Positions 49,590 through 60,987 of a stretch of 64,000 nucleotides of DNA are shown piece after piece. Source of the DNA: Squalus acanthias (Eukaryota); assembly GCA_030390025.1 (NCBI GenBank), contig CM059432.1:32428001-32492000 (forward strand), given 5' to 3'. The notes beneath the pieces were generated by a model, which worked only from the letters and a program-made list of their open reading frames with translations, was not told the origin of the DNA and made no database searches. The number at the start of each line of letters is the position of its first letter. The stretch's first letter is position 1. The translations under genes were made by a program, and so were the position numbers.

Positions 49590-50250
49590 TGTGTCAGCCT
49601 TGGCTCAGTGATAGAACTCTTGCCTCTGAGTCAGAAGGTCTTGAGCTCAGCCCCACTCTAGATTTGTGAGTAAATGGCCAACACTTCAATGCAGTACTGA
49701 GGAAGTGCTACACTGTCGTGAGGTGCCATCATTTGGATCAGATGTTAAACTGAGATCCTGTCAACCATCTCAGGTGGATATAAAAGGTCCTATTGAATTA
49801 TTGAATAAAATCAGGGGAGTTCTCTCGTTGACCTGCGCAATATCTTTCCCTCAACCAACATTACCAAAACCGATCATCTGGTCATTTAATGCATTGCTGT
49901 TTGTGGAATCTTGCTGTGTGCAAGTTGGCTGCTGCAATTCCCTAGAATCCAGAGGACACAGATTTAAGGTGATTAGCAAAAGAACCAAAGGTGACATGAG
50001 GGGAAACTTTTTTACGCAGCGAGTGGTTAGGATCTGGAATGCACTGCTTGAAAGGGTGGTGGAAGCAGACTCAATCGTGGCTTTCAAAAGGGAATTGGAT
50101 AAGTACCTGAAGGAAAATAAATTGCAGGGCTACGGGGAAAGGGCGGGGGAGTGGGACTAGTTGAAGTGTTCTTGCAGAGAGCTGGCACAGGCTCGACGGG
50201 CCGAATGGCCTCCTTCTGTGCTGTAACCATTCTATGATTCTATTCTATTC
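49590..50250 (+). mobile_element. DeuSINE (49590-49940) followed by a CR1 3' end (49945-50250)
   Basis: SINE head and Deu domain, then SRGHRFKVI..WNAL and an (attct)n tail. Confidence 0.8.
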
Positions 50251-50487
50251 TCTGATATAAATGCAAGTTCCATTTTATTCCATCTCATCAATGTCATTTT
50301 TTCCAGCAGGAGTAAATAAATAATGGAAATGTTGGCTGATTTTGTTTCTTCCCCCCCTCAGCCCAGGAATACTGTGGTTAGTTGTAGCACTGTTCCTGAG
50401 GTCAGCTAATGCAGAAGTGACTGGGGATCTTTTACCAATCTGAGCCATGAGGGGAACTGCATTTCACTTCTACCCTATGACTTTCAG

Positions 50488-50624
50488 GAATGACATCGCT
50501 CTACTGCGACTGGCAGAGCCTGCATATGCTACCCCTGATGTAAAGATAGCAACATTACCGCCCTTCGACCAGATCCTACCCAATGGATATCCATGTTACA
50601 TCACTGGATGGGGATTAACTACAC
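50488..50624 (+). CDS. Chymotrypsin-like elastase exon 5 (catalytic Asp102)
   Basis: [26 protein letters not shown]; 137 nt, bounded by TTTCAG and GTAAGT. Confidence 0.96.
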
Positions 50625-50627
50625 GTA

Positions 50628-50930
50628 AGTCCAGAACAAAGGGGCATAAATATAAGATAGCCACTGACAGATCAAATAAATAATTTAGGAGGAATTTCTT
50701 TACACAGATAATGATTAGAATGTGGAACTCTGCCACATGGAATGTTTGTACCAGAAAGCATTGATGCATTTAAAGGGAGGCTTGATGCATACTCTAGGGG
50801 GAAGGGAATAGATGAATATGGGAAGCAGGGTGGGAAGAAGTAATTAGAGTGGGAGAAGGCTCGTGTAGAATATAAACACCGGCATAGAGCAGTTGGGTTG
50901 AATGGCCTGTTCTGTATTGCAGATTCTATG
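50628..50930 (+). mobile_element. CR1 3' fragment abutting the exon 5 donor
   Basis: [20 protein letters not shown] remnant plus 3'UTR. Confidence 0.8.
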
Positions 50931-51099
50931 CAATGTTACAAAAAGTACTATGTAAGTAAATATTCACAATTTTTTTTTATATGGAGTTTTGCTGGTGTCC
51001 ATCATTGGTTTCTCTTAGATGTCTGAATGTGCAGGGAATCATTAATAGTCCAAATAGTCACTATAGAAAGGATTCATGATGTTCAGGGTGGACAGCTTG

Positions 51100-52022
51100 G
51101 GAGTTATTTTGGCCAAAGGGTGAAAACAGTCGCTAAATGGGTGCTGTGCTAATAAAACACGCCTGTTTGAAAGTCTGGTTTTAGGATGCAATTTTGGTCC
51201 TAATTGCTGATTAGCATAATTTGAACTTGCTTGGAGATGCTAAAGCAGGTTTTACACTCAAGCGCTGATTAGACACAATTTTCGTAGAGCAGTCTATGTG
51301 GGCTCCATGCATTCACTTCCACTGAGGGTGTGGAGTGTGCTGGCTGGCACACAGCGGCACGTTTCAGGATGGATCAGGGACCGAGTAAGAGGGCGCACAG
51401 GTCCTTGTACGTGGCACTGGAGGTCCTGGTGGAGGAGGTCCAGAGGAGGATAGACATCCTGTACCTGCAGGGGGGAAGGATTCCACCTCGCCCTCCTGTC
51501 CCTCTCTCCTGCAGCAGCTGGTGCTGCTCTGCCTGGCCTCATGTTCTCCTCCCATTCCTCCTGCAGACCAAGGGGGACCTCTAGCATGATACCGATGACC
51601 AAGCACTCCCTTTCTTCTGGTGACTCCAATAAGGTGTCAAAAAGGTAGAGTAGCACAGCACTTACTCTTTTTAGGTGAAGTCCTCAGAGAATTTCCAAAG
51701 TAAATGTTGATAGAGTGTTGGTGAAGTCTTGACAAAGTGTCTCAGAAAGTCTCCCAATATGTTTCAAAAGTCCTCTTCAAACCTCCAGCTAGTCGCTGTT
51801 GGGAGAGGGAATTAGTTCAAGTGCTAGCCACCAAAACGCTGTGCAGTCTCCTTAATGGGCGCTAGCAGGCAATTTAAGTGAGAATCACTCCGGGCAGCCA
51901 TTCCTAGCGCAAGCTTCAACTCCTTTACCAAGATGGCATCTTGCGCTAAATACGGGCTGAACCAGCATTTCAGCTTAAGACCCCACCTTGGCCACCTCGG
52001 AGGCTCTTTAGCACCTAAAGTA
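51100..52022 (+). mobile_element. Decayed Harbinger remnant with a Myb/SANT fragment
   Basis: KRAHRSLYVALEVLVEEVQRRIDILY; right end aaaatcgcatccc. Confidence 0.55.
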
Positions 52023-52373
52023 CCCAGGTAAAATCGCATCCCTTACATTTAGTAAAATTAAAGCAAAATTGCAGCATGGGTATTTTACCACTAGATATCA
52101 CTATATGCTTCATTATATCCTCAAAGCATGCCTAAGACACTTTGGGGCAGACACTGGCTCAGATTCACCTGGAGACTTGCGGCATTCTACAACGTAATGG
52201 CGCAAAAAAAGGGGAAATTATGGTGTAAGTGACTTACACCATTACATATGCCACTTCGTCGCTGGACCGCAAGATTGACGCTGCAGGTCTGGAGGGAACA
52301 TTTGGATCATAAAATTTGAACAATAACCAAAAAAATGATTAAATAACACTAATACGCTCTGTCCTTCTTTCAG

Positions 52374-52519
52374 CTTTCGGTATTCCCTCCATCACTCTGC
52401 AGCAAGCTCTGCTCCCGGTGGTGGACTATGCTACGTGCTCATCACCAAACTGGTGGTCGGGGTCGGTCACCCGAAACATGGTCTGTGCTGGGGGTGATGG
52501 TGTGGCGGGTGGATGTCAG
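52374..52519 (+). CDS. Chymotrypsin-like elastase exon 6
   Basis: [41 protein letters not shown]; 146 nt. Confidence 0.96.
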
Positions 52520-52858
52520 GTAAGGGCCTCCATCAATTCCATATATTGTCGTTATGGTGCAGTCTCTGTAACTACTCCATATGAATAGCTGCAGTCTAGT
52601 GAGCCCTTGCATCGGTATAGCAAGTTTGTGCATTGTAGATTGATAAGGCACATTTCTGTGCCCACAATCACCCATTCGGTTGATGAACCGATTGCATTTG
52701 GGCTGCGTTGACTGATGGCTCAGCAGGTTGTGGTAGGAAGGCGTTGTGTCACACAATGGTGGATGTGGGTCTGTGTCCACATTAACCCACTCAATGATTT
52801 ACCAATCTCACCCGAGAGAAATTGTCGAGGGGAAGGGAAAATGTCAACTGAAGACTAA

Positions 52859-53002
52859 GGGGGTAGATTTTCAGTCAGCGGTGGTGGAAAATGGGCGGTA
52901 ACAGATCAGATGGAAAGGAAAATTGGGAGGGATTTATATATAACTGGCGGCCGAACCACTACCACCCATTTTACACCACTGCCAAAAGTGAAAATCTACC
53001 CC
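52859..53002. mobile_element. Short palindromic MITE
   Basis: TIR ggggtagattttca / tgaaaatctacccc. Confidence 0.75.
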
Positions 53003-53029
53003 AGGCATTTCCCCAGAGTAAGAAGAAAT

Positions 53030-53270
53030 ATAATGGAAGAGTAAATCGTTCCCCAGTGTCCTGGCCAATATTTATCCCTCAACCAGCATCACTGAAACAG
53101 ATTATGTTCATTTATCTTATTATTGTTTGTTAGATCTTGCTGTGCTCACATTGGCTGCTGCATTTCCTGCATTACAGCAGTGGCTATACTACAAAAGTAA
53201 TTATTTTGCTGTAAAGCATTTGCGGACATCCTGAGGTCGTGAAAGGCGCTATATAAATACAAGTTCTTCT
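53030..53270 (+). mobile_element. DeuSINE 3' half
   Basis: gtcctggccaatatttatccctcaac ... ggcgctatataaat. Confidence 0.8.
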
Positions 53271-54470
53271 CCTTTATATTCTATTTGAGCTTCCTAGCAG
53301 TCAGTTTGAGTGGGGCTTGAGCAGGCCATCTGTCTGCTTGCCTCACTGGGAAACAGTGCAAGGCCTGAGTGAAATATGAAGGGGAGGGTGCACAATGCCA
53401 ATGGAGCTTCGATATGTTACATTGCAGAATGATAGAAGACAAGCTCTCAGCTACTTGCGCACCACAGAGCGGTGAGGCACTCCATAGAAAGTCAAATCAA
53501 AACCAGCCACTCTCCAGGGAGGGAGGCAGAAGCTGATCACACAGCAGCATTGGCAGAGGAACTTAGCCTCCAGGCTCTCCTCTCAGCTGGGAAAGAGAAC
53601 TGGCAAGATAGATAACCAGAGAAGAATAACAAAAGAGCTCATTAAAAAGATACCGTGAATAAAAATTCAAGACATACATAAGTTTAAAATAGCTCAAATG
53701 TATTGTTCTGATAGTTCTCACAGCCCAGCCTATGCTCAACCAGTTTCCTTACCTCCAACCTTATTTAGACAGAGGTTGCATTTGCTTCAGTTTCTAGCCT
53801 ATCATTGGAGTCCTTGGTCTTACATTGTTAATGTCAGATATAAAACATGGAGTGGATATATAAATACAAGTTGTTGTTGTTGTTGGATTGATGCACTATA
53901 AACCCCAAAAAACAACACATTGCTTCCTCTGTCATGAACTTTCCTTAATCTTCTGAGGGACATGCATTCAAGCTATAGAGAATCAGTGATGAAAACTCGT
54001 TAGGCAGCACCAATTGCATCGTTCTATATCAGTCAACACGCTTTACCAAACATAATTCCTGAAGGCAGTGCGGTTACAGCTGATACCGGTTGTCTCCCTA
54101 TTTATTGAGATTCAGCGTACCGATTGAATCGACTTATTGCTTCAAAAAGGAGATAGATACATTAGGAATGGATGGGAGGTTATAAGAGTGTGTGCAGATG
54201 GTGAAGCCCAAATATTCCGTGGAGCACAATGGTCCTAGGACAGGGGAATGCTGTCCGCAGGGCAGCAGAACAAGGTGTAAGAACGGATGAGCATTCTGGA
54301 ATTTTTCTTGATTATTTGTGGTTCAGGGTGCACTTATGTATAAATTTCACTCAGGAGATTACCAGGGTAGAACAGAGTCCATGATAGGGTCAATGATGTG
54401 TGGTTCGTGTAAGGAGTGAACCAAATATCCTCATCTCAGTCTATGTTCTTACCCACTTTCTTGTTCACAG

Positions 54471-54620
54471 GGAGATTCTGGTGGCCCTCTGAACTGTAAG
54501 AATTATGATGGAATGTGGGTTGTCCATGGTATTGTAAGCTTTGGACCAATGTCCTGTATTATAGAGAGGTACCCGACTGTTTTTACTCGAGTATCGGCAT
54601 ACACTGACTGGATTTACCAG
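54471..54620 (+). CDS. Chymotrypsin-like elastase exon 7 (catalytic Ser195)
   Basis: [20 protein letters not shown]....[14 protein letters not shown]. Confidence 0.97.
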
Positions 54621-54643
54621 GTAGGCCTTCTTTATTATATTAC

Positions 54644-55502
54644 CTGATGAAAGGTCACCGACCTGAAACGTTAACTCTGTTTCTCTCTCCACAGATGCTG
54701 CCTGACCTGCTGAACATTTTGGGCGAAAAATTGAGTCGCGCCCCCTTTGGGGTGCTAATTTCGCCGGGGCGCTACTTTTACCGCCCCGGAAAAATTAGCA
54801 CCCCCGCGACGGAAATTGAGTGGTAGCGCCCCAAGAGGGAAGCGGGGTGCTACTGGAAGCGCCCCGCCTCCCTCTTGGGGCTCTGCGAGGGAATATCGCG
54901 GCGCTACGTGCCGCGGTATTGCAGGCCTTCCTCCACTTCTTAAAGGGGAGGGGCCTTGTGCAGCACGACCCGAGGCCCAGCTGGCCCCCGGGGATCGGGA
55001 GTGCCGGCAAAAGAGCCCGGCACTCAAGAGAAGTGCCGGGCTCATGGAGCGCAGCTGGCACTCCGCGGGGGGGGGGTGGCGGGGGGGTGGGGGGTCAGGA
55101 GGCCGGGGACGGGAGCAGAGGCAGGTGCTGGCAGGCGGCCAGCAACAAAAATGGCCGCCCAGCTCCTCGCCTTTAAATAACGCCTCCCCGGCTGCAGGTA
55201 GGCCCCCCTGACCCCGTCAGACATAGCATCCGGTGGTAAGTCAGGGGGCGCTACCGAAGATGGCGGCCGGGGCGCGAGTGGGGCGCTGCGCACGGCGATG
55301 ATGTAGGCGCAGCGCCGCGGGGCGCTACCGGTTACCGCTGCTGCTAACCTCCCACTGCATTTCGCGGGAGGCGTTGGCGGCACCACGCCCAGGCGCTAGT
55401 TGCTTTGCGCCCGTTAGCGCCCTCTTAGGAGGCACAAAGCAACCAAATTTTTCCCCCTTTCTGTTTTACTTCAGATTTCCAGCATTTGCAGTATTTTGCT
55501 TC
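54644..55502 (+). mobile_element. pLTR of a second Penelope family, starting at the hammerhead core and split by a MITE
   Basis: ctgatga a aggtc acc gacct gaaacgtt aactctg... matches the reverse of 63459-63585. Confidence 0.85.
54721..55457. mobile_element. GC-rich Harbinger MITE
   Basis: TIRs gggcgaaaaatt / aatttttccccc with TTT flanks. Related to 16735-17428. Confidence 0.85.
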
Positions 55503-57730
55503 TTCATTATATGACCTGTTGCTTTGTATGCCACAAGCTCTAAGGCCTTTCAAATCAAGAACAACAACAGCTATTTAAGTTTCTATAGGGCTTCTGATGT
55601 ATAGGAAAACATCCCAGAGCTCTTTACAAAGCAGAGCAGAATGGCAGACAGCAGGAAAGAATGAGGGAAAATTTAAGGGGGCAGCTGGAGAGAGGTCAAA
55701 AATAAGGGTTGTCAGTTGACTTTAGGAGGAAGGGAGGTGGTGAGGCAAAATGATTGTGTGACACAATTCTAAAGGATGTGGGGTGGGGGGGAGGGGGCTT
55801 ATGTCTGAAAGATCTAACTCCGGTGATGAAATGGAGGGAACAGTAAGTGTCAGAGGAGTGGATTGCTTTGGGAACGCTGAAGAAGATCTCTCAGATAGGG
55901 TAGGGAATGAGGCCTTGAAGGAACTTGAAAAGGACTTCCTGTAATGAGTATCTGAAGAATCTACATTGTAAGAAACTGTTACAAATCTCCTTTATTTAAA
56001 TAAATATTAGTGTTATGTTGTATCAAATGCATGATAAGCTAATCCAGATGTTTGTTTTTTTATTCCAAAATAATGATCTTGTTGACATCTGGGAGAGAAA
56101 GAATTAATTTTTTTTAAATATGAAGGGGGAAAAATTCATGTTCGCCAGCGGGAGTTAACGGCCGCTGAAAATGTCGGCAATGCTAACGGAGCAAAATTGG
56201 TCTGGGGAGCATGAAGATTGGTGGGGCAGTGCTTACATTCTGTGCAACACCGTCCTGGTGGCGCTGCTGGAGGCATCCAAGATGAAATTCCTGTCCAGGT
56301 GCGGCGTTAGAGCTTCCCACAGCCTCTGGAATCGAGGCTGTGGAGCTCGCAAGGAATTGTGGGTAATGAAGAGGTCTGAGAATTACAGGGGCCATGCACA
56401 CTGAAGCAATACAAATTAAAATGAAGTGAAACAATGCAGTTTTCAGCCCTTTCTGCCTTTGAAAAAATATTTAACATTAAAAAGAAGTCCCAAATGTGAA
56501 TATTCAGCTCTTAAAGCTGAATTCCCTTTCTAACCTCAAAAAATGGGAAAAATGCCTCAGCATTAATACTCAGCAAGCCAGGGAAGGGGCACCCAGGGTC
56601 TCGCACGCAGCTCTCCATCTTTGTGCAGGGGGTCAACACTGCAAGACATGCCCTTTACCCACAGGGGCCAGGAGGCCCTCCAGAAAGAATGATGTAGGAA
56701 TACATCACCGAGGCTGTCGCTGCCAGCAGTGTCACCCCCACCACCTGGCTCCAGTGCCCAAAGAAGCTTCAGGACCTCAGACCACTGGTTAGGGTCAGTG
56801 AATGCATCTTCAAAAGCCATCTATTACCAACTGCACCACTGCCTTTTAAAAAAATATTTAACATTAAAAAGAAGTCCCAAATGTGAGTATTCAGCTCTTA
56901 AAGCTGAAAGTGTGACACTGCTCAAAGCACGACCCACACCCCCAATCACTCACCTACCAACAATCTGCATCAATCACGAGGCACATCTCCCATTCCTAGC
57001 TTCACCTCACCTCCTTGGAGAAGATGGTGCAGGCTATTCTTGGCAGGAGCATGGCTGAGCCCTTGGCAGGGCTGAAAGGATACAAGATGCTGGTATCCTC
57101 ATAAGTTATCCTCCTTCTGGTATGCACCTCAGGCTTTCCTGCCCTCCCGTCACCACAACTCAACCCTCGTGCCTTCCTCATTTCACACACCCAAGAAATG
57201 CAACCTGCCCAGCCTGTGGGTGACCAAGAAGAGGGAGAGGAGAGTGAAGAAGAACAAGAAGAAGAAAATTGATTTGACATTCCCAGCCACCAGCTCCTCC
57301 AGCAAGGACATTTGCAGTGTCCCCCACTGAAAGTCAGCAGCCTTCCACCAGCCATGCTGCAGCCACTGGGGAAGCACTGCGTGACATCAGTAGGATACAC
57401 ACAAGACACTCACTAAGAGAATGCATACGGGTGATGAGTTGATTTCTTGACATCACATTGGATGGATAGACACATATAGGTGGATTGGAAAGTGTGCTTT
57501 GTGGTGGCTTTTATTTCAGCATTGTGGCCAAGAGGACGCTGTGATGGTCAGTAACAGAGGGAAGGTAAGGTGTGGGACTAATGTGGAAACGGGAATTGGG
57601 GTTGCGGTCACTGGAACCGCAGCCGGATGATTCCATCCCGGATATCCCAGCCACAAAGGGGCTGTCTGGGATGCATCCTTCCAGCTGATTCCTCCTCTTC
57701 TACTTCCTCCTCTTCTGCTTCCTCGTCTAC

Positions 57731-58690
57731 TGATGCACTTTGGCAGGAAAAATCCTAGAGCAATTTATTATCTTAATGGCAAGAAACTGGAGAGTACTGA
57801 AGTGCAAAGGGATCTGGGGGTCCTGGTGCACGAAACTCAAAAGGTTAGTATGCAGGTGCAGCAAGTGATTAAGAAGGCAAATGGAATGTTGGCTTTCATT
57901 GCTAGGGGGATAGAATATAAAAATAGGGAGGTATTGCTTCAGTTGTACAAGGTATTGGTGAGACCGCACCTGGAATACTGCATACAGTTTTGGTGTCCTT
58001 ACTTAAGGAAAGACATCCTTGCTCTCGAGGCAGTGCAAAAAAGGTTCACTCGGTTAATCCCGGGGATGAGGGGGTGGTCATATGAGGAGAGGTTGGGTAG
58101 ATTGGGACTCTACTCATTGGAGTTCAGAAGAATGAGAGGCGATCTTATTGAAACATATAAGATTGTGAAGGGGTTGGATCGGGTGGATGCGGGGAGGATG
58201 TTCCCGATGACGGGTGAGACTAGAACTAGGGGACATAGTCTTAGAATAAGGGGCTGCTCTTTCAAAACTGAGATGAGGAGGAACTACTTCACTCAGAGGG
58301 TGGTAGGTCCATGGAATATGCTGCCACAAAAAGCTGTAGAAGCTACAACATTAATTAAATTTAAAACAGAAATAGACAGTTTCCTAGAAGTAAAGGGCAT
58401 TAAGGGTTACGGGGAGCGGGCAGGAATTTGGACATGAGTCTAGGTTCGGATCGGTCATGGCCCTGTGGGTAGTGGAGCGGGCCCAGGGACCGTGTAGCCT
58501 GATTCTGCTCCTATTTCGTGTGTGCAATTCTGTTAGAAGCAGGAGATGGTTCTGTGATAGTAGATAGTAGATTGGCGGTTAGGATCAGATCAGCCATGAT
58601 CTTATTGAATGGCGGAGCAGGCTCGAGGGGCCGATTGGCCTACTCCTGCTCCTATTTCTTATGTTCTTATGTTCTTATGTTCTTATGTTC
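57731..58690 (+). mobile_element. CR1 LINE 3' end
   Basis: ORF 57733..58437 with a (ttcttatg)4 tail. Confidence 0.95.
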
Positions 58691-58695
58691 CCTCT

Positions 58696-58839
58696 GCAAA
58701 CGGATGCTGTAAATATGAAATGACAGCATAAAATGCTGGAAATACTCAGCTGGTCCGGCAACATCTTGACCTGAGATGTGAACTCTGTTTTTCTCTCCAT
58801 GGATGTGACCTGCTGAGTATTTGCAGCATATTCTGTCTT
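58696..58839. mobile_element. Miniature inverted pLTR pair of the second Penelope family
   Basis: Inverted repeat tgctggaaatactcagctggtc ... gacctgctgagtatttgcagca. Confidence 0.65.
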
Positions 58840-60094
58840 CTCAAAGGCCTTCATTTACCATCCGAGCCCTTGCAAGCATCCAGCAGCACTCACTACACAC
58901 TTAAAAAAACTTTTCACATCTATTGCAGCAAGCCACCACTTCAATAAAATCAAAAAAAAACAGTCCAAAACCTTAAATCCAAACTTACCTGAATGATGTG
59001 TGTGTCCCTTTAAGAGGTGCAGACATCGCCACTGTCAGTCTGCTTGCACATCAGGTTAACCTGGCGTACTTAGGATCCAGCGCTGAATTCACCACTAGGG
59101 TCGAAGTTCATGCTTGTAATGTTAAGTCGGTGTTGCTCACTGATTTACATCACAGCGCCGCCATTTTGTTCAGGATGGCACAGCCAGTTACCGGCAGCGC
59201 AAAGGTAAGGCCAAAAATGGTGGCTGCCGCGGGACCCGCCATTTCGGAGTGGGGCTAAAGCCACGAATTTCTAGCCCAAAGAGTCTTAACATTAAACTTT
59301 TTTGTTTTCATATTCAGTCATCATCACCAGGCTGGCTATAGATGTCACAAGAGATGCCCATCATTCAATCCCCTTTGCCCTCACCCACAGCTGTCTTCCG
59401 ATTGTCAATATTTGATTCAACCGTTATGATACACATTCCCAACATTTCGGCTTTTGTCCTCTCAAAGATCTGTTCCCAACTAGGTCCATTAAAAATTTAG
59501 GTGCAAATTTTCAGGTAGGCAGTGTTCTCACTGCCCAACTTCAAAATCCAGCCTCTGCTGGATATGCCACTTTCTGCTGGGATTCTACAGGACTTCAATG
59601 GGAATGAAAATCAGGAGAGAAATATAATGGGCGGCTGAATCGATAGCGCCCATTTTACAATATGACCCAAAGTCAAAATTATTCCCAGTGACCCTTGGCC
59701 ATTCTGCATTAGTAAACATGGCTAGCCAACAGCAATTGACACTGAATCATCAAATTTTTAATATTCATTGAACATACCTGTCCTTACATGTGTTTGGTAC
59801 TTCAGATGCCCCATCACCCCACCTTTAAGCATGGACATTGAGTCACAGAGTAAGAACGTTGAGAGTGAGGAAATGTAATTTTTTATTTTTTTAAAAGACG
59901 GAATCTCATGCTGATTACAAAAACAAAATAGGTTACCCATGTGGCCTAGTAGGTAAAGGCATTATCATCATAGAGACCAGAAGCTGATGTCTCTTGTTGA
60001 ATCACATTCCATAGACAGAACCCTGGTACCTTGCCCGTGGTCATTCTTCATAATTAAGCCAAGACAGTGAGTGTCATCAGACTATTCAACCGTC

Positions 60095-60650
60095 AGTGGT
60101 ATCGCCTTGGCGTCCAATCTTCCATCCTCCAAAAACTTAAGCTTATCCAAAACTCTGCTGCTCCTATCCTAACTCACACCAAGTCCTATTCAACCATCAC
60201 CCCTGTGCTCGCTGACCTACATTGTCTCCCGGTCCACCAATGCCTTGATTTTCAAATTCTCATCCTGGTGTTCAAATCGCTCCACAGCCTTGTGCCTTCC
60301 TTATCTATGCAACCTCCTCAAGCCCAACAACCCTCTGAGAACTCTGCGATCCTCCAACTCTGGCATCTGTGTAAGCCCTTCTTCCTTCATTCCACCATTG
60401 GCGTCCGTGCCTTGATCTGTCTAGGCCCTAAGCTCTAGAATTCCCTGCCTAAACTTCACCATTTCTCCACCTCTCTCTACTCCCTTAAGACATTCCTTAA
60501 AACCTACCTCTTTGAGCTAGCTTTTGGTCACCTGTCCTAATGTCTCCTTGTTTGGCTCGGTGTCAATTTTTGCCTGATTGTGCTCCTGTGAAGCACCTTG
60601 GGATTTATTACTACGTTAAAGGCGCTATATAAATGCAAATTGTTGTTGCT
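60095..60650 (+). mobile_element. L2 LINE 3' end
   Basis: KLKLIQNSAA..ITPVLADLHCLPV..FQILILVFKSLH. Confidence 0.88.
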
Positions 60651-60878
60651 TAGTTATCACAGCTGAGTCAATCCTGCCCTCATTCAACATCCGTGCACAC
60701 ACTTTCTAGAAAAAGGCAGTTGGAACCCTGGCTGAATTTTGTTTTTCTCTTCTCTATAGGCCTTGGTAATTGTAGCGTCCTGACTACAATCCCGGCTGAG
60801 AGTTAACTCAGTACTGACTGGGAATGCAATCTGGTGTCCTCAGAAATACATTTTATATTTGTTCCCTTTTTATTTCAG

Positions 60879-60905
60879 ACTATGGAACAAAATGGCGGCT
60901 TTTAA
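60879..60905 (+). CDS. Chymotrypsin-like elastase exon 8 (terminal)
   Basis: Strong acceptor tttttatttcag, then TMEQNGGF*. Completes an 807-nt CDS (268 aa). Confidence 0.75.
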   Translation, partial: TMEQNGGF

Positions 60906-60981
60906 GATGATTCCTACATATTATTGACTGAGTGACGACAAGCAGAACCATTCGCCTGCTGTGTTTTAACCCAAACCTGTC

Positions 60982-60987
60982 AATAAA
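60982..60987 (+). terminator. Polyadenylation signal of the elastase gene
   Basis: AATAAA 77 nt after the stop codon, followed by T-rich sequence. Confidence 0.7.

Larger units (their letters stand above)
56125..59277. mobile_element. Decayed Harbinger transposon (Myb remnant on +, transposase 3' end on -) with a nested CR1
   Basis: TIRs gggggaaaaattc / gaatttctagccc, a REGAPRVSHAAL remnant, and an acidic transposase tail at ~57610-57730(-). Confidence 0.7.

Noticed and set aside
59318..59341. Alternative terminal exon SSSPGWL* after a good acceptor
   Set aside because: No resemblance to elastase C-termini. Exon 60879 fits better and has AATAAA. RNA-seq would decide.
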